Made by a program: the position numbers and the translations under genes. This document shows, one piece after another, positions 38,965-53,980 of a stretch of 64,000 nucleotides of DNA; the first letter of the stretch is position 1, and every line of letters begins with the position of its first letter. The notes under the pieces were generated by a model. It was given only the letters and a program-made list of their open reading frames with translations, had not been told where the DNA came from and made no database searches. The DNA is from Saccostrea echinata (lineage: Eukaryota): NCBI RefSeq assembly GCF_033153115.1, contig NW_026889835.1:2790001-2854000 (forward strand), given 5' to 3'.

Positions 38965-39092
38965 ATGCAGATGAAAAATTATAGAATCCAAATGGAAAAT
39001 TTTACAATACAAATGGAAAATTAAACAATACGAATGGAAAATTATACAATACAAATTGAAAAAAAGAATATTGCAATGTTTGGCATTCCATA
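38965..39092. repeat. 21-bp tandem repeat (AAATGGAAAATTATACAATAC)
   Basis: About 5 units, then ...TGGCATTCCATA. Confidence 0.8.
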
Positions 39093-40249
39093 CTCCGTGG
39101 TGTTTTTCTTGTACATGACAACGCCGCTGCAAGTAAGATTGAAGATGTCCGGGGAATTTGAAAAAAGAAATTGCTCCATTGCTTAGCTATCCTCTGTATT
39201 CGCCAGATCTTCCTCCGTGTGAATTATTATAATACCCAAAAACTCGAAAGAAGAATCATCACAAGAAGACACCGTGTATATATTCAGGTGAGAGCCACCA
39301 GTGTCTCGTGAGTATAAAAGTTGAGAAATCTATTAAAGAACATTTCGGCAGATTTAAAATACATGTTAAAAAAAACTGCTTTTCGTGTTTATGAGGACAT
39401 TTTGATTTATTTACTGAATTCTCTCACAGTGTTTTGGGACATACAGCGTACCTCAGGACTCGAAAATTTAGGGTGTACTTATTTTAAGGTAATTTTTTTT
39501 ACGGGCAAAAATGACCCTACGGTCGTTTTTTCTTAGTTGAATAATTACTGGGGGCCATTTATTCAACGTTGAAAAACGACCCTAGTTATAATTCTTTGGG
39601 TTTTTATGTAACTTTACAGGGGCAATGATTTTTAAGTATGAATAAGAAGTCAGAAAATATTGTAACTGTTTTCAACATATACATGTAGTATGTTTAAAAA
39701 TCAGATGAATTCCTTTGGTACACTATTGCTACAGAAGTATATAGAAACATCATTTTGAATTTTTACACAATTTTTTAATATAAAAGATAATTTTAAAAAA
39801 GTCGACATTTGAAATGAAATATATATCAATAATTCTGAAAAATACATAAAATCACATTCCATTTTATCACAATTTATCATATAAGATTTCTATTCAGGTT
39901 GTAATGTAATTCCAAACAAACTTAATAGTATCACTCATGATAAGATACAAAGAATTTTTTTTTACATAGAAAAAAATGAAATGATGTGCATGTAATTATA
40001 TTATAATGGTAAAGAGTCCATCTGGCAATCGCAGATCCACATAAAAAAAGATGATGCATGTACGTACTAAAAATGTGAATAAAATCAAACAAGAAGCGCT
40101 CTCTCTCTCTCTACATATATATACATGTATATAAAGCATGGAAATTATAAATCTGTAAATCTATATTGTTAACTTTTCAAATCAATGTTGTATTTAATTA
40201 ATTGAAATAATCACTGAACGAGCTTTATGAAAATTTGCAGTGTTTCAGG

Positions 40250-43200
40250 TCATCTTTTTTTACCCTGTCTCTTAAGAAGAGTTAATTTTTGACTGTCGCC
40301 ATCCACTACACAGTCCAATGTTATGTAGTGTCTTATCAGTTCTCTCCAAACAAGGTCACATTGAAGCAGCTTCTTGTTTCCTGCAATTTGTAAATCATAA
40401 ATATCAGACCAAAGGACAACAAAACTAGCTTAACTTATATTTTCCTTCTTAACAAATAAATAACTCAATAAAAACCATATTGTACCACTAAACTTAGGGA
40501 TGTTCGTTTTTCAGACAGGAACAATACTTTCTGAAATTATCATTTGTTAGAATAGTTCGCAAAATGAAGATTGAAATTAATTTGCTTTCGTGCACAAATT
40601 TCGAGGTCTTCGAAATAGTATTGTAATTTGTTGATATATTGCTCCTGATAAAAGGAGAAAATGAAATTTTTATATAAATCAAATTTCATTTAAACTTGCT
40701 TATTAGCATGAAACTAAATAGACATACAGTCATATGTGATAACTTGCAATGGTATCACATGCTACTTACAAAACATATTATATATGATTTAAAGTTAATA
40801 GAAGAAGTTTAAGGTCAAGATCTAGTAAATGACTTTAGACTAACTTTTTGGTGCTAGATCCATTATGACGTCATAATCAATTTCAACTTTCTTTTTCCCG
40901 TACTCTACGGCTCTAATAGAATTATGTAGAAAATAAAGTATTTTCATGGAATTCAATTTGAAATCATGTGAAAAGTAATCCCGATACCTGTATTCAATTT
41001 AATATTTTTTTAAAGAAGAGGCCAAGAACATACAAATTGCCGTTTTCTGAGAGACTGTAGGCAATCTGGATACATTTCCTTTGTCTGATATGGAAAAAAC
41101 TCCCATATTCATGACTGTTTTCTTAATTTTTCATTGAAAATGACAGTGTAAAATATGATTTTTTCGTCTTGTTTATCTACAAAGTATGCCCCGAAACACC
41201 TTATTTGACCAAGCTTAAGTTATAAAGCATCATTAAAGGAATTGATTTCTCAAATTTGAGAAATCTGTAGGCACCTTTCATTTACTAGATCTTGACCTTA
41301 ATATCACATGGTATAAAAAATGCAATTATTTCAGATGCCTGGATATCTTTACTTCTATTCTGAAATATAATTAGGATCAATTTCCGACTAGAAAATGCAT
41401 AGTTTGTGTTTTTATTTGCATTTCCTGAAGAGGTATTTTTGTAATTTTTTCCAATATAATATGGTCAACTACATTGATGAATTTTGAAGAAAATTACATT
41501 TGTTTTTACTCATTACTAGTATTTTGTGAGTTCAGTGACATTTTTGTGATAAATTTCAGTTATTCAACTGCTGACTTTTAGAATATGAGTGACGACAACC
41601 TTCAAGCACAGATTATGATTAATCATTATCAGTATGTGAATATTGATTAATTAGGCCTATGAAGTTAAAATTTGTAGCTTAATAATATAATATAATAATT
41701 AATTAGATACCTATGATAATGATGCCCTTCCTTGCACGAGTAAGGGCCACGTTTATCTGGTGTTCATCTGTAATGAAACCCAGGTTTCTCTTGCGCCATC
41801 CTAGAGATGGATTAGGTTCTATTCTGTAGTCAGGGAGGGATCTGACCGTGCTGAATATGACATAGTCCCACTCACCACCTGATAATGCAGAAGGAAAATA
41901 TATTTTGCAAGGTACTCTAGTTTGCATGTTAACACATTTGAAAAAAAAATACCTTGACTGGAAACAACTGTGTGAACTTTGGAATTAATGAAACCTTTCT
42001 TCAGAAGGGCTTCGCGGATTGCAAAGCATTGTGCATTGTACTGTGACATTACTTTGACATGTTGTGTTTGTATTCCTTTATGCGACATCAGAAACTCATA
42101 CACTCTCACCTGTGGAAAACAAAAAAAAAATTATTTATTGCATGGAAAAATTCATCTACATGTATCACATTGCAGAGAAGCACAGTTTTTGGATTCATTT
42201 AAATACAAGTACAGATATAAAAACATTTTTTGTAGTTCACAGCACTCATAATTTTGAGATTTTTTTCAAACATTAAAGAACTTCATTCGCAGAAACATTA
42301 TTTTGTAAAGGTGATTAATGCACATAAAACATAATGTTATTAAATATTATTCAGGTTTTTTTGGTTAGGGAAGTATTTTAAATTATCGAAGCCATTTTTA
42401 AATTTGCTTTAAATTTAAGATTTCGTGGGATGGAAATTTCACAGAAGTGATATCAATGAAGGATAACGCATATTTTTTCTATATTCTTTAAGATCTTAAA
42501 TTCGCAGGAAATATCCACGTTTTATGAACTTCCACAAAAAATAATTAGTTAACAGAAATTTTGTTTAATTAACAAACGAATATTTCGATTAGAAATGATT
42601 TGAAATTGAATTGTCCTACCACGTGTTCCACTTCTGCCTTGTTGCTTCTCGATTGCTGGTTTCCCTCTTCCGTGGATACTGCCAGGCATTCTTCTTCTCC
42701 TTCCATGTGACAAAACAAGAGGGGTGTGTGTGGATTTCTCCATATTTTTAAAGGTTCCTTGACTTCATATTTTTTTGAAGGTCCAGTTTTAAGTTTTCCC
42801 TTGTAAAACTGTTTGGATGGAAACTCACAAATTTTTTCATTCTGAAAAATGAAAATCAAATATATCATTTAGTTTGATATTACGTTGTCAGATATCTTCG
42901 TTTATAACAACAGCAAAAAATATCCAGTAGTTGAAAGTAAAAATCAACTAGAACTATCCAGAATGGACAAATATCCCCCTCTGGGTTTTTCAGAGAAGGT
43001 GTCAAGTCACCAATACTAATATTTAATGGATCTAAGAGGTGTTCCCATTTTATTTAAACATTTAAAGTGAAAATTTACCGGTAATTGCTCATTATATTTT
43101 TTAATGAATGAAACTAAGGCGCAGTCTAGTAAACATCAATACTAATAATAACATCGTTTGTTATTACATTGAAAAGATAAAAAAACAATTTTCCAAGTAT

Positions 43201-46200
43201 TTCTCTATTGAAAAATATGGATGCATTATTTATCTATCTTTTCTACAGTGACTAAATGTCAAGATCATGACACACCCTTAGGTCATAAGCAATCTTTGTG
43301 TGAAGTGGAAACTCCCAACACCCCAACATTATTCTCCATAAGAAAGAATTATGAACTTTTTCTGCCGGTGGCCTTGAACTTGCCTTGGGTCAAGGACATG
43401 TCACACCCTCAGATCATAGGCAATCTTTGTGTAAAATGGAAACTCACCAAGTTTATCCATAAGAAAGATATGGACTGGACACGAATGATGAACTTTTTCT
43501 GACAGTGACCTTGTATTTGCCCAAATGACCTTGGGTCAAGATCATGACACACCTTCAGGTCATAAGCAATCTTTGTGTAAAATGGGAACTCACCAAGTTT
43601 ATGCATAAGAAAGATACGGACCGGACACGAATTATAAACTTTCTTTCAGTGACCTTGAAGTTGCCCAAATGATATTGGGTCAAGGTCATGACACACCCTC
43701 AGGTTACGAACAATATTTGTATGAAGTAGTACATTCTAATGGTCCTTTGTAACAAAGATATGGACCGGACACGTTTACACAGACAGACAGACAGAGAGAC
43801 GGACAAGGTGATTCCTATATACCCCCAAATTTGTTTGCAGGGGGTATAATAATATATAAACTAACCATTCTGTACTGGGTGTCTAAAAACACAGCATTGT
43901 CTGCAAAACGTTCAAAAAGAGATTTTGACAGTCCTAGTTCAGCCGCCTCTTGACAAATGATGATTGGTTGAAGTTGTTTGTGATCACCAATTAGAACAAC
44001 TTGTTCTGCTTTTGTAGCAATAATTGGAGCCATGGTTTCTGGTTCGGTACACATCCCTGCCTCATCAATAATTAGCTGATATATCTTACCCTCAGTGGCT
44101 TTAAGAAATTTTTGGTTTGTTGCAACTGCAGTTGTGCAAAAAATGACATCATAATGTTTGAGCTCCTCCTGTGTTGCATCTGAAAGTACTTTTCTGTACT
44201 CATTAACTAATTCTGGATCAAAATATATACCGTTTGGATTTTCTTTGAAGAGTTTATCAAACTGTTTGATTTTTTCAGCGAATGGTTTATCCTTTTTTCT
44301 GATCAAATTATGAAGTGACACTTCTACTAAATCTGAATCCGGTCGATTGTCTTTGCAAGAGGATTGGTTTATATAATCTCTACCAGGAACAGGAAAAACG
44401 GTACTTTCTATGGAACTTCCATACATTCTAACCATTTTGGGGCAGAGATCTCGTATATATGTTCTTATCCACCCTATATAGAACGCAAAACTGAGTATTA
44501 AAGCGCAACATTATAATGAAAACGTAAAAGTAATCTTGACCTATATGAAATAACTATAGTAATGATAGTAAATGTTCATGAAAAAGAACGAAGAGAAGTT
44601 AATACATACGTGCTACTAAATCGACAGACTTATTAGAAGGTCCACAATAAACAACCTGATTATGGTCACCACCGTTTTCTCGGTGCGTTAAATTGATGTT
44701 CATGAATAACAAAATAAGCTTGATTCCAGTCAAAGTCTTCCCTGTGCCTAAAACAAACCATAACCTTTTGAATAAAGGAAAATAATCAATGAACTTTTTA
44801 TTCTGTTTAGATCTTCACCTCTGGCATATTCCTTTTTCTCTCAAGTCAAAGTGCCTTGAGTGTTTGATAAGTTTAGCTTTGTTTTTACTTGACATATGAN
44901 NNNNNNNNNNNNNNNNNNNNNNNNNNNNNNNNNNNNNNNNNNNNNNNNNNNNNNNNNNNNNNNNNNNNNNNNNNNNNNNNNNNNNNNNNNNNNNNNNNNN
45001 NNNNNNNNNNNNNNNNNNNNNNNNNNNNNNNNNNNNNNNNNNNNNNNNNACCTACTGATAAATTTTCAAGATATTCTTAATTTAAGATTACAGTGCCATC
45101 AGATGTTCATAGACAAAAAAGCATTATCAGGGGTTTTGAAAAGATATCAATTGATAAAAATTCTTGTATAATTCAAAGAAAAATATGCAAAAATTACTAA
45201 ACATATGTTTATCCAAATTTGTTTTAAAAGAAATGTACAACAGCATATACAGACATTAAAATGTAGCACACAGTTCCTTTAAGTATTGGAACTCTTCAAC
45301 TCCAGGGAAAAAGACAATAAAGTTCAAACTACGTTGCGTATGTCCTTAAGAGTCACCAGAGTATAATCAACACTGTAAAGGATCCATAGGGATCAACAAA
45401 AATAATAAGTCTAGTACTCGGTGACAAATCTTACAGTAGAGCTATCTACTTGCCTGTACTTACCTCCATTTATCACTAGCATCATGCAAACTAAACAAAA
45501 ACAATAGTACTTGACCACTAGTATTAAACCCATCTCATTCCCTCTCACATTGGATTCTCTTGTTCTTTGAAGAACATTAAATATATTCAAAGATAGGTAT
45601 TTTGTCTCATTTTCATTTATCTATTATTTACAAATTTGCGTAACCATTAAAAGAAATGAAAGTACTTTTTGTATTATATATTATAAAAATTCTTGTATAA
45701 TTCTCTTATTCAGTTGACCTTTCAATGACATTATTTATAATGCTTAATTATCATAGGAGATGTGGTAAAAATACCCTTGCTTATTACAACTTTGTACTTT
45801 ATTTTCCCAGGGGCAATGCAGATTTTCAAAGAAATAATGTATTTTCACTAAAGTTTAACAAAATCACACCCAAATTCCCAGTCCCAGGGCTTTGAAATTT
45901 ATGATTTTGAAAAAGCAAACTTGCTCATCACTACTATTTACCTAGTTTTCCTGCTAGATACCTAAGAGCACAGAAGAAGAATTTAAAGAATTAATGGATT
46001 TTCACTATATAAACAATAGAGCCCCGCCCTAACATCAGAGCCCCTGACACATAATTTTGGAAAAAGTACCCCAAAGGCAGAGAAGATTTTTACAGAAATA
46101 ATGCATTTTCACTATATATTCAACAGAGCCCCGCCCTAGCACAAAAAACTCCGGACTCAGGGACTATGAATTTCATAATTTAGAAGAGGCATCATTGCTA

Positions 46201-49200
46201 ATTAAAACCACGTAAATGGTTTTTTTCTGCTAAATACCAAAGGACAAAGAAGATATTTAAAATATTTATGCATTTCACTATCTGATCTATAGAGCCCAAC
46301 ACTAAAATAGAACCCTTGACCCTGATCCATGAAATTCACAATTTTGGAAGAGGCACCCTTGCTCAACTTAACCATGCACTTACTTTTTTCCCTTTATACC
46401 CAGGAGCAGATATTTTCAAACAGATAATACATTTTCACTATAACATCAATAAATCACCCACCACCCACCCCCACCCCTTAGAACCCCTGACCAAGGGACC
46501 AGGAAATTCACAATTTCGGAAGAGGTACCCTTCCTCATCATAACCATGCAACTTAGATTTTTTCCTAAATAATCAGAAGTATAGAAGAAGATTTTTAAAG
46601 AAATAATGCAATTTCACTTTATAATCATTAAAACCCCGTCCTAACACCAGAACCATCTATCCAAGGGCTATGAAATTCACAACTTTTAAAGAAGTACCTT
46701 TGCTCATCATAACTAGTACTTAGGTTGCTGCTTAATACCTTTTAGCAGAGAAAAATATTTTTAAAGAAATATTGCAGTTTAACTATATAATCAATAGATC
46801 CCCACCCCACCAGAATCCCTGACCCTAGGGCCACAAATTTTGGAAGAAGCACCCTTGATAATCATATCCATACACCTAGTTTATCTGCTAAATATACAGG
46901 GAGAGAGAAGAGGAATTTTGAAGAATTTATGCATTTTTACTATATGATCATTAGAGTCCCACCTTTACTGCAGAACCCCTGACGCTTGGGCCATGAATTT
47001 CACAATTTTGGTAGGGGCTCAATGCTTGTTACAACAATAGCAACAGTTCTACTGCTTGTTGTCCAGGAGTAAAGACGATGATTTTTAAAGATTGTATTAA
47101 TTTGATGGTTTTATCCCCAACCCTCGGGCCCCAGGGGGCTGGGACCATGAAATTCACAATTTTTATTCCCTATTACTCATAGATCTTATACATGTATGTC
47201 AAAATTGGTTGAAATTTTGTCAGTGGTTCTAATGTTCAGGTGAGCTAATAAACAAAATATGCCCTAAAACAAAATACCCCTAGTTTGTCTAATCTATACT
47301 TATAAATTAATAAATTTTGCAAATAAACTCCGAAACGGGTGCAAAAGAGTTCTTACTTCTCCTCTAACAATACACTAGATACAAGATGATGTCCGTAAAC
47401 TATATTCAGATTTCACTCTCATAGTAAGTATTGTACATTAAATTAAAAGTCTACTTTCATTTTCTATAAACAGCCATGAAATAGTAAAAACGTGAGTACG
47501 GTGGTGTTTCCGGTTGGCGGATCTAAGTTACTGGCAATTTTTAATGACACTGACAACAAGCAGTCGTTTATTTATTTCATAAAACGTCGTCACTGAATTA
47601 TTCGATCAAAACTTGATTTAAATGATATAAAAGAAATAAGTTGTGATGCCCGATTAAAAAGGGAAATGTGCAAATTATTTTCGCCATTCACCGATCTTTA
47701 TATTGACGGAAGCTTCTAGAACATCATATAGCATCGGGTCCGATGTTAAAAAGAAAAATTAGGCGACTGCATAAATAAAAAAAAAGCTTTAGTGTGAATG
47801 GTCATTGAAATAATGGTAAATCATTGATAACACTATTAGTTCACATTTGTGAATATATTTATATATCGAAAGACTATTATATATACATGTATGTAGTAGG
47901 TTTTCCTAATAAATTTATCGGTAAAATTTGTATAGGCTATATTCCTTACTGAGAGCATCGTGGCAACGAACCCCAAGTACAATTTGTATTTCGTAATAAA
48001 CTTGCTTACATGAAAAGAGAAAATTAATGAATAAGATATTGTTCAAATACAATTAAAGATGTAAAATTTTGTGTTTTAATCAATACATTCCAGTTTTTTT
48101 TTTTAATACAGTCTTTTGTATCAAATACTCGGCCTATTCATAGGGCGTTAAATTAAAAGCCCATTTTTACACAGGTACTTGGGTTTTGGTTTATAAATAC
48201 GTATGTACCTTATTGATATGTAAAAAAAAAGTAAAGTACATTTTTTACATATCAACAAGGTACAAACATATTCAAGTTATAAACCAAGACCCAAGTACCT
48301 GTGAAATTTTACCCCCCCCCCCCAAAAAAAAATCAATTAATCAGTAAAATGTGCATATTCCCTGCTTTTATCCTTGACGGAAATGAAATGAGAGCATCTG
48401 AAGTACAATATCCGTAACATAGTATAAAAGGTGTCACAATAAACGTCAATTAATGAAATTGTTATTTTTCAAGTTTTTACAAAAAAGAGGGGGATGGAGA
48501 CGTACATCTACTTCATTCGGGATTTTGAACAAAGTATTTCTTCCTGCTATAAGCCTGTAGACTGTTAATAGTAGAAACTACAATATATTTACAGTCGGTA
48601 GTGGTATAAATTCAATTTCCCGCTTGCGCGGGATTTCATCTAGTACATTATAACGTAGATCTATTTACTTGCCACTCCTAATACACTCCCATTCGTCATT
48701 ATCATCATGCAGACTAAATAATACAACAGTGCTTGATAACTTGGAGTAAAACACTTCATATTACCTCACACATAGTCTTCTCTTGTTCTTTGAAAAATAT
48801 ATAATGTACAAAGATAAGGTTTTTTGTCTCAAATTTTACAATTACATTATTTACAGTAATTAATTATCAAAGTTGAATAGCAAAGGGTAATAAATTCTCT
48901 CGGTAAAGTATAATAAAGTATATTTCCCTACAACATCAATAGAGCTCGGCTCTGCAGAAGAACAGTCGACCCATTGATCCAGAGTTTCAAAAATCTGGTA
49001 AAAATACCCTTGCTCATTACAACTTTGTACTCTGCTTCCTAGATGCCAATGAGCAGAGAAGATTTTTGAAGCATTAATACATTTTCACAATATAATCAAT
49101 AGGGTCCCTTCCTAACACCAAAACTCCTGACCTAGGGGATTTAACTTTAACAACTTTGGAAGAGGCACCCTTGCTCATAATAATCATACACTTTGTTTGC

Positions 49201-52200
49201 TTAATATCCAGGAGCAGAGAAGAAGATTGTCAAAGAAAAAAAGTGCATTTCGAATGTATTATCAATAGAGCCCCGCCCTAATACCAGAACCCCTGACCCA
49301 GGGGCCCTAAATTTCACATTTTTGAAAAAAGCATCCTTGCTCATCATTACTAAGTACTTTGTTTGCATTTTACCCATTTTCAAAGAAATAATGCATTTTT
49401 ATTACTAGTATATGATCAAATGAACCCCATCCCAGCGCCAGAACCCCTAAGCCACGGACCATGACTTTCACGATTTTGGAAGAGGCACCCTTATTCATTA
49501 TTACCATGCACTTAGATTGTCTGCTAAATATACGCTTGGAGAAAAGAAACTTTTTAAAAAAAATATTCACTATATCATCAAGGAGTCCATCCCTAACCCT
49601 ACCATAGCTCAGTTCTTATTACAATCATCTCAATAGTTTAATTATTTGATGTCAAGGATTTTTTTACAGATTGAATTTATTTTGATGGTTTTAGTCCCAC
49701 CCAGGGCTCAGGCCCCAGGGGAGACAAGAATCAAGAAATTTAACACTTTTGGTTCCCTTTACCCACAGATGCTATATACATGTAAGAAATTGATTGAAAT
49801 TGGTTCAGTGGTTCCAGAGAAGAAGCGGAAAATGTTCAAATGTCAACGCACGACCAACGACCATAGACGAAAACGGATAGCAATAGGTAATCTCTGTGAC
49901 TCAGAGGACGTAATAAAATGCAAATATACAACCCGTTCTCATTTAAATCATGCAAAAATGTAGGAGTAATCTATAGTAACTGGCCATAAGTCTTCATAAA
50001 AATGGCTGCCGAAGTATCAAACCTCAGAAAGCCATTTTTTTGGGTAAATAAATCCCTCTAAACAAGCCGCTGTTGAATAGTTCCTTTCTATAGGGTGAGT
50101 TAACCATGCATCGGACACATACCTTGCTTCGGACAACTTTAAGCAATAAACTTTCATTGAACCTGAGTCTCCCTGTGTTTTTACTTGTTTCTGTTTTAAA
50201 GTTGAAGATTTAAACTTTTAAATGATGCCGATTTTTTATTTTCATGTTGTGATAAAAATACCACAAGAATGGCCTTGAAATTACGTCATATTTTGCATCA
50301 TCAAATGGGAGTAACCAGAAATTTACGATTTTGCGATTTTTAGAGTTGTCGCTCTTTTAAATAGATTTCAACGGAACGAGTCAGGTCTAGGTAAAATTTG
50401 TCAACGATTGATAATTTTACAGAAATTTTTCAAAAATTCTACTTCAATGTTTGTATAATAATTTTTAGAGTTGTTTTTTACTAGCTTGTTTATTTCACCG
50501 TACATCGGACACAAATTAACCATGCATCAGACACTTTCCGATGCATGGGTAATCACTTCCATTTTCATATAAAACCCAAATGACAGTTGCTTTTTACGGA
50601 AATAGAAAATAAAAACTCTGACCTCTAAGTGAAAATACAATTATAGATATAAGACGACTAGAAGTGGACTCAATTTATTTCTTTAAATTAGATGATGATA
50701 ACCCACGAGACAAAGGCGCGAGTTGCCATATTACTAGCATTGTAAAGCCTTTCTAAGGCGATGTGATGTACCTAAAATCTCTTTACATTTGTGGATCAAA
50801 ATAGTCATTCAAATTTAACTAGAAGTTTAATTTTTTAATAAAAGATAAAAATGTTTCGATATCACTAATTTTAAAGCACCGAGATCAAGGTATGATATTT
50901 TTCAGGTTTAAATACCGTATGTCCGATGGATGGTGAATATTGTCCGATCCATGGTGAATTCTGACTTATTTCGAAAAAATCGTGTTTTAATGGTATTTTC
51001 CCCAGTATATAGGCTAGCACATGATTGTGTCAAAAATTTATATCTTAACCACATACTACATATTAAGTTCCATTTAGATAATATTCGGTCGGTAGCGATA
51101 CCGCTAGAACTTGTTGAAGTGCGAGGGCGTCCGATGCATGGTGAATTCACCCTAGAGTGTATACAATAATTTAACGACACCTTATAAAAGTGACGTATTA
51201 TCTGTCAAATATTTAGCAAATGCAAGATGGCTACTAAAGGTAAACAAATGTCTACCCCTACCCCAATGAAAAATGCTATAATAACTTTCTTTGAGAGTGG
51301 ATATACCCACCAGGACATTGCTACTATTCTTTGTGTGAGCCAGTCTGGGATTTCCAAGTTTCTTAAGCGATACAAGATGCGCGGATCCAGTGAAATAAGC
51401 ATCGAAGCGGACGCCCTAGAAAAACTGATGTACGAGGTGATCGTAAGATACTACGATGTGTGAAACTCAACAGACGGCAAACTCTGTCGGAAATAACTGA
51501 TGAAGTGAACTCAAAATTACCAAGTTCCATCTGTTCACGGACAGTAAGAAGACGTTTGCGATTTTTTAACTTTACAAGAAGGAAAACCAGGAAGACCCTG
51601 ACAATTCGGTCTGTAAACCGCACTCGCCCTGTAAATTGGTGTCGAGGTAAATAACATTGGACAGTGAATAATAATTGGAAAAGGTGATTTTCAGCGATGA
51701 AACTCAGGTTGTGATTGATCAGAATACGCGAGTTTACATCTAGAGAAGACCGGACGAAGTATTGCGACCTGAGTGTCTTGGCGTAAATACTTGGCGATGC
51801 TTTGGGGGTGTATTACTCATGAAGGAGTCGGAACATTTACAGAAGTCGATGGGAATATTAATTCCCCAAAATACATAAACATTTTGGATACAAATGTATG
51901 GCCTGTTATTTTGCGTCACTTCCCGAATGGTGACTATTTATTCCAGGACGAAGACCGGTTCACTCCACTCATAAACGCCACGAAATTATGGAAAACCGAA
52001 AACGAAATTAAATGTCTAACTTGGCCATCACAATTTTCAGATATAAATTTAATTGAAAATGTGTGGAGAACCATAAAATATGAGTTCAGAGACAGGTACA
52101 CAATATTTATAATCTTGAAGACCTTATACCTTATCATGAAATTTAAGGAAATATGGCGGTCACTGCCTCAGCACTACATTCAGAGCCTGTATGCTTCAAT

Positions 52201-52875
52201 TCCAAGGCGAATCCGACAAGTTATTAAAACTAAGGGTCAAGCAACTAAATACTAGAGATAAAAGGGTAATCACTTAATATTTATAAAGTTATTTTATTTT
52301 TGAATTTACGTTTACGTTGTTCACGTTACGTTACGTCAGCCATTTTATTACAGACTTATGGCCAGGTACTGTACATCTTAATTCTACATCAGACATCAAC
52401 GGATGAACAGGCTGAATATGTATAATCATAAATATTGCATGGAATCGATCCTAGGGCTTTCCACAGGAAAACGAAAATACCAATTACATGATAAATATTA
52501 CAGAACTATCACAAACAATATTCGGAATAATTGAAAAAGCACTTACCAGGTGGTCCTTGTATGAGAGTAAATCTTGAACATAAAGCCTTTTTTATAGCTT
52601 CTAGCTGTTTTTCGTTGTTGGGCTGCAAAGAGTCGTGTATCACGTCCGGTCTAATTTGTTTTCCCAGTCTTACATGGACATCGTCTGTAATATAAAGTTT
52701 AAAAACATCTTATTATTGATGATTACAACAATAAAATTTCAAATTTTTCTTCAAATTGTAGTGGGACAAAACCAACTGATTACCTAGAGAATGAATTTCT
52801 CCTCTCAGAGCTATCGATTTCGCAAGCTCTTTTCCTGACTCTAATCCCTTAACAGCATCCTCAATATTCCTGAAA

Positions 52876-52967
<92 letters not shown>

Positions 52968-53918
52968 GATGTAAACTAGTATCCGGTTAACCGGGTACTC
53001 GATCGAACGTCCAATTATCAAATAAAACTCGATTACTCGGATGTAGATTTTTTTTTTATCATATTTCAAAGTGCATATATTTATTAAAACTTATCAAAAA
53101 ATTTTGATTTAAATATGCCTTGTCCATGTCTATACAGTAATCACCTACACTAGTTTATACCCGCTATCGCCTGTGTACATGTTTATACAATTACCGTGAC
53201 CAATCACTGGACACTGTAAAAAGCTGTTCTCACATCTTGTGACCCTAATATTTGGATGGTTTCAATTATTTATTTTCAATAAACATGGTTCAATTATGAT
53301 ACATTAATTATCCTTGGATTATTTAATTAGAATACGGTAGCGAAATCGGACATATTAAAAAATAACCGAAGATTAAAAAATATATATTAAAAGTCACCTG
53401 TGCATAGTTTTAAGTAATCACTTTTTAGTTGGTTGGGTATGCCAGGGCTTCAAAGGCAGTTGAAAACGTGGGATAATTTATGCATCACGGGTGAAGTTGT
53501 AAATATCGAGAAATCAACATACTTTCAGAGTTAACACAGAGAAACATTTGGAAAGATAAATAATATACGACTCGTGATCACAACAACGTCCATTCCCAAA
53601 GATATTTTCTTTCGATAGTCTAATCATTACAAAGTTGCATCCTTCTCTTCCGTTGATTAAATTGTCTTCCGTAAAGCATTTGTATTAATTGGTCGTCTTT
53701 TGTGTTTGATACATAAATTAAGTACCAAAAATTGTTTTTGTTGGGCTCGATGTTTATGTACATACATTAAAAACGAAAGAAAACATCGATGAAGTACACA
53801 GGTCTTAATAAAATCAACAAACGTTTACATGTATATATGCACTTTTTCCGAGTACCCGGGTACTCGATCGGAAAATTGTCCGAGTAACTGATTATCAAAT
53901 ATTGACCGATTTAACATC

Positions 53919-53980
<62 letters not shown>

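Larger units (their letters stand above)
49974..52371 (+). mobile_element. Tc1-family DNA transposon with a decayed transposase
   Basis: TIRs (T/C)AGTA(A/C)CTGGCCATAAGTCT..ATAAAATGGCTG with TA flanks; transposase remnants at 51227-52255. Confidence 0.9.

Noticed and set aside
52713-53069. 118-aa ORF with a YI repeat
   Set aside because: Translation of (TA)n. Only 52869-52784 is a real exon.
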